Shown: positions 1-13,820, counted from the stretch's first letter. The stretch: 64,000 bases of DNA from Eledone cirrhosa (GCA_964016885.1 OZ024743.1:304420001-304484000), one strand, 5' to 3'. The notes: a model not told the origin generated them from the sequence alone. Made by a program: numbers and translations.

Positions 1-316
1 GGCGTCGATAGTATGGTACAGAGGGTGTGCAGAGGCTACACAAACACAAAGGGCATACAATATATATATATATAACGGAGAAGAAAGTACATAAGGTAAT
101 TAGAAATGGAAAAAGAGTAATAATAATAATCTATAATTAATAATGTATAATAAGGCATGGGGAAGATTACACTATAATAAGGTAAAATATAAAGGAGGAT
201 AAAAGTGGAAATAATAAAGATAAAAAATATATATGTAAAAAAATATATAGAAGTATAAGCGAGTATTTGGAGGGGAAAACACAATGTAAAAAAATCGATT
301 TTTTCAAATAAAAATA
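1..316 (-). repeat. Inverted copy of PLE 3' UTR/pLTR segment (pairs with 1919-2257); runs off the window start
   Basis: 1-37 ggcgtcgatagtatggtacagagggtgtgcagaggct is nearly the reverse complement of 2221-2257. The match extends to about 316/1919; ORFs 36..284(-) and 1880..2149(+) give the same peptide. Confidence 0.85.
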
Positions 317-1579
317 CAAATATTATAATTATGGGGGGAGAAAACGGGATAGAGAAATATGATCAAATGTGATTAGTTGAGAGAATATAAGATTATAATA
401 GTTATGTCAAGTTTATACATCTTAATAATAAATAATCTGTGTATCAGAGTTACAGAACCTTCAATTCACTTACAGGTTCAAGCGACGTGGCATAATCCAT
501 TGTTTATCTGTGCGGTCATGCGCGTTTGTTTTTGACACCACAGCAGATGCACAAGTTCGTAAATTCCAATGCAGATAGAAATCTATTTTTGCTCACCCGG
601 ACATTGACGGAGGATCCAATATTCCTAGTTCAATACGTGTGTGGTGTTATTTTGGTCGCACAAATCAATCACTTGGTTCAATATTATGAAGTATGGTTTT
701 CTGGTCTTCGTAACAGTGTCAGTGGTTTTATATTCTCGAAATCACAAGGATCACAGTATTCCGGTTTGGTGTGATTATCGGTATTCCAGCTATGTTGTTG
801 GTGGTTGGATTCAATTATATTGCCCCGAACGTAGAACTTTCGTGTCGATAGAACATTAACGAGGCAGGGTGAGATCGCATCTGTGGTACAAAACTGTACG
901 CAAGGAAATTCTTCGTCTTCGTTTCATCCGGGTCCAGCAGTCACGTGCAAGAACCGCTACGTAGTAATTGTGGGGTTAATCGGTCAGCAACTGACCGAAA
1001 ATTATCTTAGGAATTCAGACAGGCATGACAGGTACATTTAGGTCAGCAGCTTCTTTATATGTACGTTTGTCCGATACACACAGACACATATCCATATGTA
1101 TTTCAACTCAAAAAATTCAGTTGATTCGCCTATTGATATTATATCTGTGTTTCTCCGATGTGCATGTTGTGGTGTTCTGGTCGTGCATAGCATTCACTGT
1201 ATTTTGCCATTACCTTGGAATGTGACGTTATGGTCATCAATAGTCCGGCAAGTGCATTTCTCTCTTATATTGCGGAGAATGGTGTTCTGGTCCTCGGTAA
1301 ACATTTGGGTCAGCAGGAGGGGTGGTGGTTCTCAGTTTCAACTTCGACAATACATATGTGTTACTCTACATATCGTGCTCCTCTCAAAGAAGAGTATTAT
1401 AGGAGGAATGCCAACCACCACATATAGAGAGGATTTCTACAGAAAAGTATACATACATATACACATATATACACACATAATACACACACACATACACATA
1501 CACACACATACGCATACATACATATATTCATATACATGTCACATATACACATACACACAATATAATTCGCATGCATACA

Positions 1580-1626
<47 letters not shown>

Positions 1627-1789
1627 ATACATGCATACAATGCACGCACACATGCATGCATGCATGCATGCACACACGTACACACACACACACATACATA
1701 TGTCTGTGTGTGTGTGAGCGAGAGAGAGAAAAGGAGAATACACACACACACACACATACACACACATACACACATACGCAAAAACACCA

Positions 1790-2642
1790 ACCTTGTAGGG
1801 GACTGTTCCACCCTTAGGGTACCTATCTATCTGGCTTACAGGTTGGGGGGGGGGGGGGGAGCTATAGTCTAGGTGGGGGTTGCGTGATATATGTTACGTC
1901 TATGTGCTAAGTTTAAAATATTTTTATTTGAAAAAATCGGTTTTTTTACATTGTGTTTTCCCCTCCAAATACTCGCTTATATTTCTTTATATATTCTCTA
2001 TATATTTTTTTACATATATATTTTTTATCTTTATTATTTCCACTTTTATCCTCCTTTATATTTTACCTTATTATAGTGTAATCTTCCCCATGCCTTATTA
2101 TACATTATTAATTATAGATTATTATTATTACTCTTTTTTCCATTTCTAATTACCTTATGTACTTTCTCCTCCGTTATATATATATATATATATATATATT
2201 GTATGCCTTTGTGTTTGTGTAGCCTCTGCACACACTCTGCACCATACTATCGACGCCACCCCATCTATGGTTCAGCTAACCACTCGACTCCGGGGAATGA
2301 ATATGACCGCAGCTAGTAAACAAGGACCCACACCCCACCCTCCCGCACCAAAATTAGACTTATCGTCCCCTACTTTTGCTCTTTACTCTCTTTACTCTTT
2401 GTTCTTGAATGTTTGGTTGGTAGAGTCCATAACACCAATCAAACCCCTTTTATAGCTCTGACGAATCCTACGGTTACGTAAGGAAGAAACATTGTAAGCC
2501 AATAAAAATATTTTGATGTTGTAGACGCTCTTGTGTTCTTTATCATATATACGGCTCTGCTCCAAAGCATAGAGCTAATTATTATGCTGCCAATACCTTA
2601 ATGGGACACGGGTATACAATACCTAACTCCTATTAACCTAAG

Positions 2643-2645
<3 letters not shown>
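1790..2645 (+). mobile_element. Penelope-like 3' UTR + pLTR remnant ending in (TA)n
   Basis: Contains the inverted-repeat arm 1919-2257 and the hammerhead at 2455-2499, followed by aataaa; ends at a (TA)n tract. Confidence 0.65.
2455..2499 (+). ncRNA. Minimal type I hammerhead ribozyme, intact core
   Basis: gct-CTGACGA-a-tcctacg(gtta)cgtaagga-a-GAAAC-att-GTA-agc; stems I (gct/agc), II and a short III all pair. Confidence 0.75.
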
Positions 2646-2690
<45 letters not shown>

Positions 2691-2939
2691 TAGGTAGGTA
2701 GATAGATACATAGATGGATAGATGTAGGCAAAATGTTTGAGCAAATAATATATTATATGCAAGCAGATATTGTATGTTTATCATACTTGTTCTTTGTGGA
2801 GGTCTCCAATTACATAAAACACTATTCGATTTTTCTTTTAAGTTTTCATCATACTTTTACATGAGTCAACATCGCATCGAGTGATAAATCAACAGAGTTA
2901 CCACCGATGTTGTTGAGGAAGCTATTGTATAATACCACC

Positions 2940-3360
2940 ACGTTGGGTTCAACATTCCATTTGATGACCACTTCTCAGTGTGCTAGTCTCATAATCCCTC
3001 CTCTTTCCTGAACAAAATGTTGTCAGTAGTGTTTTCAGCAGCTTTCGACAAATTCCGCGAAAAGTGTTTACTTACTTTACAGTTAGTCGAGGCCCTGGCT
3101 CTGATGACTCCAATTAGCTATTTTCACAGAGTTCAATTAGCTCATGATACACTGTCTTTTGTGAGGAATGTATCTCAAAAACCAATCTGCCCAATCATTT
3201 TGACCACCTCCATTTCATTGCAATATATAAAGCGGTCGTGCTTATTTGTGGTAAGTGATTTTACTGACCAGTTCAACAGAAACCTTCAAGTGCCCATCTC
3301 ATTTTTACTTCTTACAGTGACTGACTTGCAGCGTTCTATTGTGAAGTGCCCCATTGTGCA
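2940..3360 (-). pseudogene. Possible highly degenerate non-LTR RT fragment
   Basis: Minus-strand peptides GHLKVSVE and TTDNILFRKEEGL loosely resemble RT domain 7 and the LY...GGLGL thumb motif; many stops. Confidence 0.25.
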
Positions 3361-3951
3361 GAATTGAATTTTGCAAACGACATGCACCGCTTGTGCACCT
3401 ACTACAGCACCACACCTAACTTTGCACAAAACATCGTCTCCTCTAACAACAAAAAACTCAACCCCTATGGAAGAAAAAACCTAGATAGCAGTGGAGAGCC
3501 GACCAGGAGGTGTAACTGTCCTGATGGATCCATTTGCCCCCTCGACAACAGATGCAGAGATCGTAATGTGATCTTTCAGTGCAACGTGAGGACGGACACC
3601 TCCAACAAAGCTTATATAGGATTAACCGCTTGTGACTTCAAGACCCCGCTATACCAACACGGACATACTTACCGAAACCCGGCTCGGCGTCACGCCACTT
3701 TACATTCAAGCCACATCTGGGACCTCAAAGATAACAATATAACCTATAATCTCACTTGGAGCTTACTGTCCAGAGCCAACTCTTACACGGGAGGACGCCG
3801 TCTGTGTAACTTATGCTCGGAGGAAACATTACAAATGCTGTTTTCGACGGACCAACTCCTCAACAAGAAAGACGAACTGGTAACTGCATGCAAGCACAGA
3901 TCGCGTAGGACTTACCTCGCCCTCAAACACCATAATGACCGGGGAGGGTAG
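3346..3951 (+). pseudogene. C-terminal GIY-YIG endonuclease of a PLE (CxC..CP linker, CxLC and CxH motifs; Hydra-clade-like)
   Basis: CNCPDGSICPLDNRC..VIFQC..AYIGLT..FK...YQH..WSLL..CNLCSEE..LLNKKDELVTACKHR; RT region missing. Confidence 0.85.
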
Positions 3952-5273
3952 ACAAGGGCTGAAACATCCCACTTGCCGACTGTGTAATGGGTAACATCTT
4001 CTTACAAATGTAGACGTAATTTTTTTGTATGGATTTTCATATATATTTGTTATCGTTTCATCTATATTTCCTTCCTCCCCCCATCCCTTCCTAGTCCTTC
4101 CACCCCAGTTCTCCTTCTTTGTCGTCATTCTTTTCACCTTCTCGCCCACCCCGAGGCAGCCCTTCGGTCCTCTGTAGCCTCAGTGCCCCCCCCCCCTTTA
4201 TTCTATGATAGAATTGGCCGATTCCGCTTTTTATAGCAGATGTGCTAGACCCCAGATACTTGCTTTCTTCTCTGATTGCTGCCCCATTTCCGTGATTTCT
4301 AGATTTCTTAGTGGTATTTCTGCTTTAGTTTCTCGTATATCAGTATTTATTTTTTTTTGTGGGGGTGGGATTCTGAATTAATTTTTCGTATTACTATTTC
4401 ATATATATCGTACGAGCATTTATGTAGTTTGTATTAGAATTTATGTATTGTAGCAGTACTCATATATATCGTATTAGTATTCATGTTTCGGGATTCTGAA
4501 TTAATACTTCGTATTAGTTTCGGGTTTCTGAATTATTATTTCGTATTAGGTTTTTTTTGTTGTTGTTGCTTTTGTTTTTTTTTGTTAGTATTTTGGCCCC
4601 CTACTTGTTGACCTGTCATTGTAAGATAGATTTGGCCGATTACTACTAACTCATAAAATTATTTCACTACAATCTCGTATTTAGTACTCCGTCCCACCTA
4701 TTAAACTTTTCTATAGCTTAGCAGTACCAGTGAGAGATTTGATGATTGTGGAAGGGGAATAGTAACCAGGAATTGTGTTGTTTTTTTATATTTTTAATAT
4801 TTTTTATATTTTTCTATATATTTACTCCATATAGATTTACTTATTGTTTCGACTTCCTCCCCCTTCCCTTCTCTAGTATACTTTTTTCAACCTCTTATCC
4901 TTAGAATCTGCTGTAGTTGTCACTTTCAACGCTCGACTGGGTTTCCTCCACTCCCTCTCCCTCTTTCTTCTACTGACAAGTTCAGCTACCCCTACCTTCC
5001 ACAAAATGCCATGATAGAATCATGTGTCCCAACAACAAACATTTGACCAATCCTTGTGACAATCACTTTTACCATATATGGAATTGCCCCCTGAGTAGTT
5101 CGGCTATTCATTTAACAGGATAAAAATGTTCATTTAGTCCAGAATTAGCCGTCGAAACGGCTTGAGCTCAGCCGTCGGGGTCGTACTCGTTCCCATTACC
5201 CACTCTACTACCTTAAGTATTGAGTACTTTGGTGCGTTATGGTCCATCTGGTTCCTTACCACATTTCCTTCGT
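3380..5273 (+). mobile_element. 5'-truncated Penelope-like element (GIY-YIG end, 3' UTR, hammerhead pLTR)
   Basis: GIY-YIG ORF, then a T-rich UTR, a hammerhead at 5087-5180, and termination in (TA)n. Confidence 0.8.
5087..5180 (+). ncRNA. Type I hammerhead with long stem II (core CTGAGTA, G8 altered)
   Basis: cccc-CTGAGTA..ggctattc..gaattagcc..GAAAcggct(tgagctc)agccGTC-gggg. Confidence 0.6.
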
Positions 5274-5419
5274 TATATATATATATATATACTTAGGGTA
5301 AATATTGATGCAATTCAATTCAAGCACTCAACGTACTTTTTCCACATAGGAGTGACAGAATAAGTATTGAATAAGTAAAAGCGAAGTAGTTTCAGATGTT
5401 CAAGTCCTTTTATAATAAT

Positions 5420-5603
5420 TGTTTCTACTTTTGGCACAAGGCCAGCAATTATCCCAGTGTATTACTGGTACATTATTTTATCGACCCCGTAAGGATGAAA
5501 GGCAAAGTTAACCTCGGCAGGATTTGAACTCAGTCCGGAAAGGGATGTAACTGTGCTGCAAAGCATGGCGTCCGAGCCTCTACCGATACTGCCAATCCAC
5601 CGC
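5420..5603 (-). mobile_element. tRNA-derived SINE, full length, 14-bp TSD
   Basis: B-box gagttcaaatcc, central gcctttcatccttacggggtcgataaaat domain (Meta/Sauria-SINE-like); TSD ccttttataataat at 5406-5419 and 5604-5617. Confidence 0.9.
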
Positions 5604-6204
5604 CCTTTTATAATAATGCTGTGATATATATTTCAATGACGACACTGGCCACACTGTTCTGTGTGCGCGTGTCGTGACAACATCAGACAACTTGTTACAT
5701 AATAAGGCAATCCAAGTTGAATCGACATGGGAACGGACGAAGTGTGTGCTTTTGGGTTCTTCATCCGTTCCCCTGTGAGTATCAATTCACCCCCACCGGT
5801 CTGCGCAGGTGCATGTCCGAATGAAGTTGACCACCAGCTACCGCAGATTTCAACGAAATTCGCTTAGTCAGCCAAAAAATGACCCATTTAGGCCTGTACC
5901 ATAGTTTACTGCTACCCGTCCCGTCTGTGGCAGTCAGCCGAAAGCCAGAGGGCATGGGACAGTGTTAGTTTTTACAGGTCACAATACTACCTCTCACCAA
6001 GCATGAACAGTACGACTGACTATCAACTCCCAAGAGAAAATATACTTAATTCTAGGTATCATGATTTTACATTGGAAGTTATGAGTGAGAGTTGGAAATA
6101 AAAATTAAAATCCTAAATCAAAAATTATAAATTAAACAATTAAAAAATTAACAATTAGAAATTAAAAATTATATTATATATATATTCTCTCTCTATATAT
6201 ATAC

Positions 6205-6248
<44 letters not shown>

Positions 6249-7337
6249 TTATCTTTTCAAATAAAAGTTAATGGATGTTTATGCTCACATAACAAACAAT
6301 GTCCCCTTAACGAGAATCGAACACATGAGGTTTATATTATAACTGCACCGCCCCACTGAATAAAAATAACAGTTGATTATAAGCAAGTTGGTCTGTGGAA
6401 CCAAGTTAAAGGCCCGTGTGATGATGTTTTCATATACGTTAATACAATGTGTGTGATAACATATATACTCTGAGAATAAATGTGTGTATTGAATGCGCTA
6501 CTATTTTTATAAATACCCAATGTCCTTTTTTTTGCCTGGAATAAAACTATGACATAAATATACACATTTAGATAATACAATAGCAGAAGAACGAAAATCT
6601 GAACTAAGCTTTTATGAGGATTTAAACCACAACATTTTTATTATAGGCATGATGATCTACTCAGTAGGATTTAACTGATGTTGGTATTTCTGTATATCTC
6701 GCTTTCTCAGTTTATGCTTATATATATCTTATGAATTGTAGTTTTTCTGATACTGATTTACAATGTATATTTTACGATAAATATTCGCAGTGAATTTCGT
6801 CTTTCATATATTACACTTATAGAAATTGTGTTTATATGTGCATTTATTTTTTATAAATACATTTAATCGTAATACATTTTCTAGTTTATCTATCTCTCCC
6901 TCTGTCTATTTATCATCAATATATCCTTTTATGTTAGTCACTCGACCCCCCTTTCTGTTTATGCGAAATATTTCTCATATATATCTCAATAAAGCATTTA
7001 ATACATCATTAGTTGAAGTTTGATATGTTTATCTCTTTCATTTTCTAACTAATCTATCTATCCGTTTATTAATCTGTACATCTTCTAATCTGCATATCTT
7101 TCTATATATCTATATCTGCCTGTCCGGGTTTCCATCAATTTATTTTACTATTGTATATATTTATTTTCTTCTTACTGGCATTTTATTAACCCAACTATCA
7201 ATCTGACTATATCTAAACAACATGTGATGCTGTTGCACGAAAATTGCAATATGGAATAAATAGAGCTATACAATAATCATATATACAATTTACAAGATTT
7301 AGACAAGGTTTAACACGCACACACCCACATACAAGCA

Positions 7338-7379
<42 letters not shown>

Positions 7380-7439
7380 GGAGAGAATACATGTAATATA
7401 ATGAGCTCAGGGAACAACGCGAGTCCTTTACTCCGTTGC

Positions 7440-7588
<149 letters not shown>

Positions 7589-7976
7589 CGTGTGTGTGTG
7601 CGTGTGGGTGGGTGTATGTCTGTGTGTGTATGAATGTATGTCAAAAAGTGTATGATTATTCCCAGAAATACACGCGTACATACATACACATATATATATA
7701 AACGTTTGTATTTGTAAAGCCAAAGCAATGCCGGTATGGACATAGAATACAAATGCAAATGCAAAAGATATTGATGACAATTAGTCTTTTACCTTAACTT
7801 TCTTTAAATGTCCCTAATTTTCGATTTAATATCTCTTCTTCGAAAGGAAGTAAAGCGGTTAAACCAGTGTTCAAAATAGCTTGCCAAGTCATGCTGACAG
7901 TAAATGGTATAGAGTATCTGTTCTATCTCTAATGTCAAAGAGTTTACAAATACAAACGTTTATACCCCACTACATA

Positions 7977-10545
7977 ATGCTTCAAGTGAACTATAACTTC
8001 CTCCTTTCCTTACACCTGAGCCAGGCCCAGTTCACAACTGTAAAGAAACTCTTCCAGCTATCGGAAAAGCGCGCCAAAGCCGGCTGTCAAATAAACTTCC
8101 TGAAACGATGCCTGAATAACAACAACTATCAAAAACTATCAAAAACTTGCACCTACCAACATGCTTCAAATCACCAGGCCTCAAACGATTACTTAGCTAC
8201 ATGCAAACATTCTGCCTAAGGAAACTCATACAACACCTACACCGCACGCTACAGCAACACATACGGACTATTTCCAGCTTTGTACCACAACTCGCTGAAA
8301 TCCCAGAAGCGCTGCCCAGAGTTATCTCCGCCGCTATAGAGAGGTCATACCACCATCGCCGAGACTACGAGAAAATACGCCTAACGCAAACATTTCTCAA
8401 ACACAGCACGGCTAACCGTCTTAACAACATCCCAACTCTAAGCACCAACAGATGCGAACAAGACGGTACCAACACCGAACCTAGCGGCACCCCGACCAAC
8501 AACACACCTGATCAAAACACCTCGTCACACACTTGACAGGATCCCTCTCCCGAGAGGAATTAAACCTCCTCAGCCTGGGTCCCAAGTTCATATTGAAACA
8601 GAGACTGGACGACAAATTATGGCTCGACATAGAAGCGAATTTCTGTCGGGCTGCCTACCAACTAAAATGGATATCGACTCTCGGTAACAACACCACGGAA
8701 TCTAACAAACCCAGATTTCCGATATACCAACTAGATCGCCCACTCTGTCAACCGCCTGCCAACCGCGAGCTTGAAGAAAAACTCTCGAGGCTAAAACATT
8801 CCGTATCTAACATCTTACGGAAACAGAAGAAGATAGCCCCAAAATTCTCCAGGACACAACAACTCGCCCTGAAGAACACCTACGGGATAGGGAACTTATA
8901 TACTTACCATCCGACACGGGTAAAGAGTTTTGCGTCATCTCTCAAGCCACATACAACAACCTAGCCGTTGAACACCTAAGCGATAATGAACTATATACAG
9001 AGATCCCGGACATGACTGCAGCCCAGATCTAAAAACAGACCAACCCCATCTGGTTCGACATCTGTAGGAGAAGACAGCTCCCAAATAAAGTTAAGCTCAA
9101 CTACACCACTAGAAATAGCAGACTGCCCACTTTCTACCACCTCATCAAGACCCACAAGAATAGTACTAAGACACAAATAAGACCCATCGTCTCTAGCATA
9201 GAAGGACCCCCTATACAAAATATCCTGGCTCCTCTCCGAGTTCCTCAATCCTCTACTCTCCACCTTTCCCGGGCATGGCAGTAGCTCCGACGAAGTCATA
9301 CGTAGACTACACCAACTACATCCAGTACAACTTAAACTAAATAGATACGCCTTAAGCCTCGATGTTGTCTCCTTCTACACTACAGTCCCCGCTCATCCAG
9401 CTGTCGATTTATTCACGGACTGCGTCGTCGCAGAGGACATACACTGCTACGGCCTCCATCCGACAAACATACACCAGCTTTTGTCCTTCACAGTGGACAA
9501 CACGTATTTCACCTTCCACAACCACACATACAGACAGACAACAGGAATACCCATGGGATCCAGCCTATCGGGCCTGCTGGCCATCATCTATATGAACCAG
9601 CTAGAATGCCGAGCCCTCAACACTTGCCATTCCCATACCTTCTTCACCCGATATGTAGATGACATACTCATCCTTACATCATCCGGTGAGGAGCCGGATA
9701 AAATATACACGACATTCTCCAGATTGGACGCCAGTATAAAGTTCAGCATGGAACACCCCGATGACCGCGGATCCCTATCCCTATTGGACTTGCAACTCAT
9801 AGTAACAGAGGAAGGCTTCTATAAAAAAGCCGCCAGAAGGGACCTGTTGGTACAATTCAGATCGGCCCTCCAAGCCAGCGCTAAGGTGGGATACATAAGG
9901 AACGAACTAACACGTATCCGGAATAAATGCACCGACGCTAGAGACCGAGACACACACACCACACATTTCATGGAAGTACTCAAACTGAACGGATACCCGT
10001 CATCCACCACAAACCGTGCCAGAAAGAACAGAGGACACCACACCCGAGGCACTAACACTCGCTTCCTGAAGCTCCAACATTTCAGTAACGAAACAACAAC
10101 AGCCATTCGCAGAGCTATCAGACGAGAGGGATTAGATATCCAACTAGCCCACTCAGGACCTTCTCTACGCGGACAGCTAATCAAAAGACACTCCGCCAGA
10201 CATTCCAACTGCTGCAGGCTAGCCAACTGCCCAATCAACGACACAGACCTATGCCACCAGGCTTACGTCGTATAGAGACTAGAGTGCGACAAATGCAGCA
10301 ACTTCTACGTAGGTAGCACCACCAGACCACTCCACATAAGAATAAAAGAACACCTCAATACTAACGCTTCCTCATTTAAGAAACACCGAGTGAAATGCAA
10401 AAACACAGACAAAATCATAACAGTTAGGATAGAAACTAAGGAAAGAAACCTCGGAAATCTTAGAATTAAGGAAGCACTCATTATAGACAAAACACAACCA
10501 CCAATCAATAATAGACTAGAACTCAACACCCAATTGATAACTTGA
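7977..10545 (+). pseudogene. PLE RT + GIY-YIG polyprotein, frameshifted with stops
   Basis: MLQVNYNF start; LLSLGPKF; YRQTTGIPMGSSLSGLLA; RYVDD; C-x4-CP..C..VVxRLECDKC..YVGSTTRPLHIRIKEHL; split across ORFs 7881, 8147, 8533 and 9481. Confidence 0.92.
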
Positions 10546-10936
10546 TAGAGCATCTAGCCCCATACTTACACCCCCATCCACACACACGCACACGCACACC
10601 CACACGCACGGACACACACACGCTTACACTTCCACTTATTATCTCTCTCACACACACACATACACACACATAGACCAGTACTAACACGAGAGAGCATCTA
10701 TCCCCCACATATACGTATAGACATAACTTCTCACATTCACACACACTTACTTACACATTCACGCATTCTCCCACACACTTAAACACATATATGTACAAAA
10801 CCCCTTTTAAAGGGAGATACTCTTTATCCACCTAACCTTAACTCATTGACATTAGAGATAGAACAGATAATCTATACCATTTACTGTCAGCATGACTTGG
10901 CAAGATATTTAGAACACTGGTTTAACCGCTTTACTT

Positions 10937-10973
10937 CCCTCCGAAGAAGATATATTATCTCGAAAATTCAGGA
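10937..10973 (+). ncRNA. Degenerate pLTR hammerhead (core CCGAAGA)
   Basis: cct-CCGAAGA-agata(tat)tatct-c-GAAA-atTC-agg; the inverted copy at about 7808-7847 is more decayed. Confidence 0.5.
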
Positions 10974-11124
10974 CATTTAAATAAATTTAAGGTAAAAGAC
11001 TAATTGTCAACAATATCTTTTGCATTTGAATGTTTATTCTATGTCCATACCTGCATTTTTTGGCTTTACAAATACAAACGTTTATACCTCATTACACAAT
11101 GCTTCAAGTGAACTATAACGTACT

Positions 11125-11180
<56 letters not shown>

Positions 11181-11211
11181 AGTGTAATTTTCTACACAAA
11201 ATGAAGGTTAT

Positions 11212-11816
11212 AGAGAAAATTGAGGTTGGTAATGGCACATGGAATATATAAGAGACAGAATACTTTTTTGTGAGAAAACATAATTTTATAAGGTAAGGAA
11301 ATAATAAAGGGTATAAAAAATGACCGGTTTCGATGGGTCTGCAAAAGCCATCTTTTCAAATGTTGATTAATATTAAGAAAAATTTATAATACGAAGAGTT
11401 AAAATTTGAGACTTGAAAATTCAAGTATAAAATTCATTGTGGGATTTCATAGCAGTTTTCATCTAGGTAGCAACAACAGGTTGACTGCTGTGTCCCTTTC
11501 TGGTAGTCAATGAAAGGGACACTACCAGAAAGGGACACAGCAGTCAACCTGTTGTTGCTACCTAGATGAAAACTGCTATGAAATCCCACAATGAATTTTA
11601 TACTTGAATTTTCAAGTCTCAAATTTTAACTCTTCGTATTATAAATTTTTCTTAATATTAATCAACATTTGAAAAGATGGCTTTTGCAGACCCATCGAAA
11701 CCGGTCATTTTTTATACCCTTTATTATTTCCTTACCTTATAAAATTATGTTTTCTCACAAAAAAGTATTCTGTCTCTTATATATTCCATGTGCCATTACC
11801 AACCTCAATTTTCTCT
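11212..11816. repeat. Apparently perfect inverted repeat, 296-bp arms with 13-bp spacer (pLTR fold-back)
   Basis: Arms 11212-11507 and 11521-11816 read as exact reverse complements; set between (TA)n tracts. Confidence 0.95.
11664..11711 (+). ncRNA. Hammerhead-like motif with UUGAAAA (U3-A8) core; mirror copy at 11317-11364 (-)
   Basis: aacat-TTGAAAA-gatgg(11 nt)ccatc-GAAAccgGTC-atttt; palindromic stem III accggt. Confidence 0.6.
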
Positions 11817-12462
11817 CTCTATATATATATATATATCTACTCTGTAGATGTCAAACTCTTACTTTTGCCTCATGACAGCTAGTTTTACACGCCGTAATCT
11901 TAGATACACTATACCCCCCACCTAAGTAATGTCAGGGTCTCCTCAAATAATTTATTAATAGCATTGTTGTAATTGTTGTTATTGTTCTAACTGAATGCCA
12001 TTACTACTTCATATAGTAGCCTGTATATTCTTTTCTTGCCTGTGTATTCTCTTTATTCTCGCATGCTCCGAAGAACTGACTGGTTATAATTTTGTATTGG
12101 CGATCGAGTAACGTGAAAATAAGCGAATAGCGATCTCTAGACCTACCAGTTCAGAGAAACAATTGTCAGCTATGAGATTAAAAACCTTTTTTGTATAGCA
12201 AACCATGTCAACCTTCTTTCCTGATTTATTATTACTCCAAGTGTTTACAACATAGGAATTACAGCATACCCGCAGCATCACTATGAAAACGCCTTGTTGA
12301 GTCAAACCAAGCCAAGCGTTAATATCATCCACTACCTGGAATACCATAACTGGACTATACCTAAGTGGACTGCATTTAACTATTATTTGTTACCCCGTAT
12401 ATATATATATAAGCCCAAGCATGGCCTCAGACGGATGGCTGGAACAGGTAAAAGAGTAAAAG

Positions 12463-12549
<87 letters not shown>

Positions 12550-13319
12550 TATATATGATGTATGTACGTGCGCATTTCCGGGAATATTTATACATTTTTA
12601 GATATACATATATGATAATCTTTGTCGAACTCTTGTAAATTGTATTACATTCATTTTAATATTTCAATTTAAAACATTTTCCTTGTATACAGTTTTCCCA
12701 TAGGGTCATGCAACTATAGAATATTTGATTGATCGGTGTATATTTTAATGGGGTTTTTTTTTTGGGGGGGGGGGGGGGGGAGATTCAATAATCAGATTAT
12801 TTTAACTAATTACTCGCTAAGACGCGATTTCTTGATATACCATTCCAAATCTCTTTAGCTATAATTATTCCCAGATCGTTGTATTTGCAATAGGTTTTTA
12901 AATATGCTAAGATTTTGTTAATGTATTTCATCACATATTTAAATCTAATTAATTTAGAAAATATCAAGTTTTCCCCCAGCATATATTTAATGAAATTAAT
13001 CTATGATATTAAGATCCCGCACAAACGTCATGAAATGCATGTGCATGTATTATCAATGAAGGGAACCTAAAACTTGAGAGCATTAGAGATAAAATGAAAA
13101 TGAAAGATGACTAGAATTTGGTTGAAAAAATATATTTGCGAAAAACAAAGAAAAACAGATGTCTTATTATACATTTTCCTATGCAGAATCACAAAGATGT
13201 CAGAAACAAGAAAGAAAATATGAAATAGATAACAGAGAGAAAAGGAAGGAAGGAGTGAGGGAGGGAGCGTGGAAGAAAAGCAAGGGAATGAATGTCAAGG
13301 TAAGACAAATATAAATAAT

Positions 13320-13501
13320 TGTTTCTACTTTAGGCACAAGGCCAGCAATTAACCAGTGCATTACCCGTACTTTATTTTATCGACCCCATTAGGATGAAAG
13401 GCAAAGTCAACCTCGGCGGGATTTGAATTCAGACCGTAAAGGGACGCAACTATGCTGGAAAGTATGGCATCCGACCCTCTACCGATACTGCCAATCCACC
13501 G
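13320..13501 (-). mobile_element. tRNA-derived SINE, 17-bp TSD
   Basis: Same family as 5420; TSD agacaaatataaataat at 13303-13319 and 13502-13518. Confidence 0.9.
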
Positions 13502-13761
13502 AGACAAATATAAATAATATTATGCAACAACATTCCTACGACCCTTTTTTGAAAATTTAGTTCTCATAAAAGTGTAGATCTAGATAAATATAACCACCAA
13601 TAAATATTTTCGTATGCAAAAAGATAGATAACAAATGTATAGGTTCATCCCAGAGTTCAAAATAATATGTATCTGCTGATATTTTAATACGTGTCACGAT
13701 ACAAATGAAGACTATGGATTATACCTTTCGTAAACAAGCTCTGTTCGCTCATCATTTTCAT

Positions 13762-13820
<59 letters not shown>

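Larger units (their letters stand above)
7697..11120 (+). mobile_element. Near-complete Penelope-like element with inverted 5' pLTR and 3' pLTR
   Basis: 7697-7944 is the reverse complement of 10840-11085; 11066-11120 directly repeats 7944-7998 (ORF start); RT and GIY-YIG lie between; both ends abut (TA)n. Confidence 0.92.

Noticed and set aside
1096-1872. 258-aa ORF and many similar HT/YI/CV-rich ORFs across the window
   Set aside because: Translations of (CA)n, (TA)n and (GT)n microsatellites with no domain signal.
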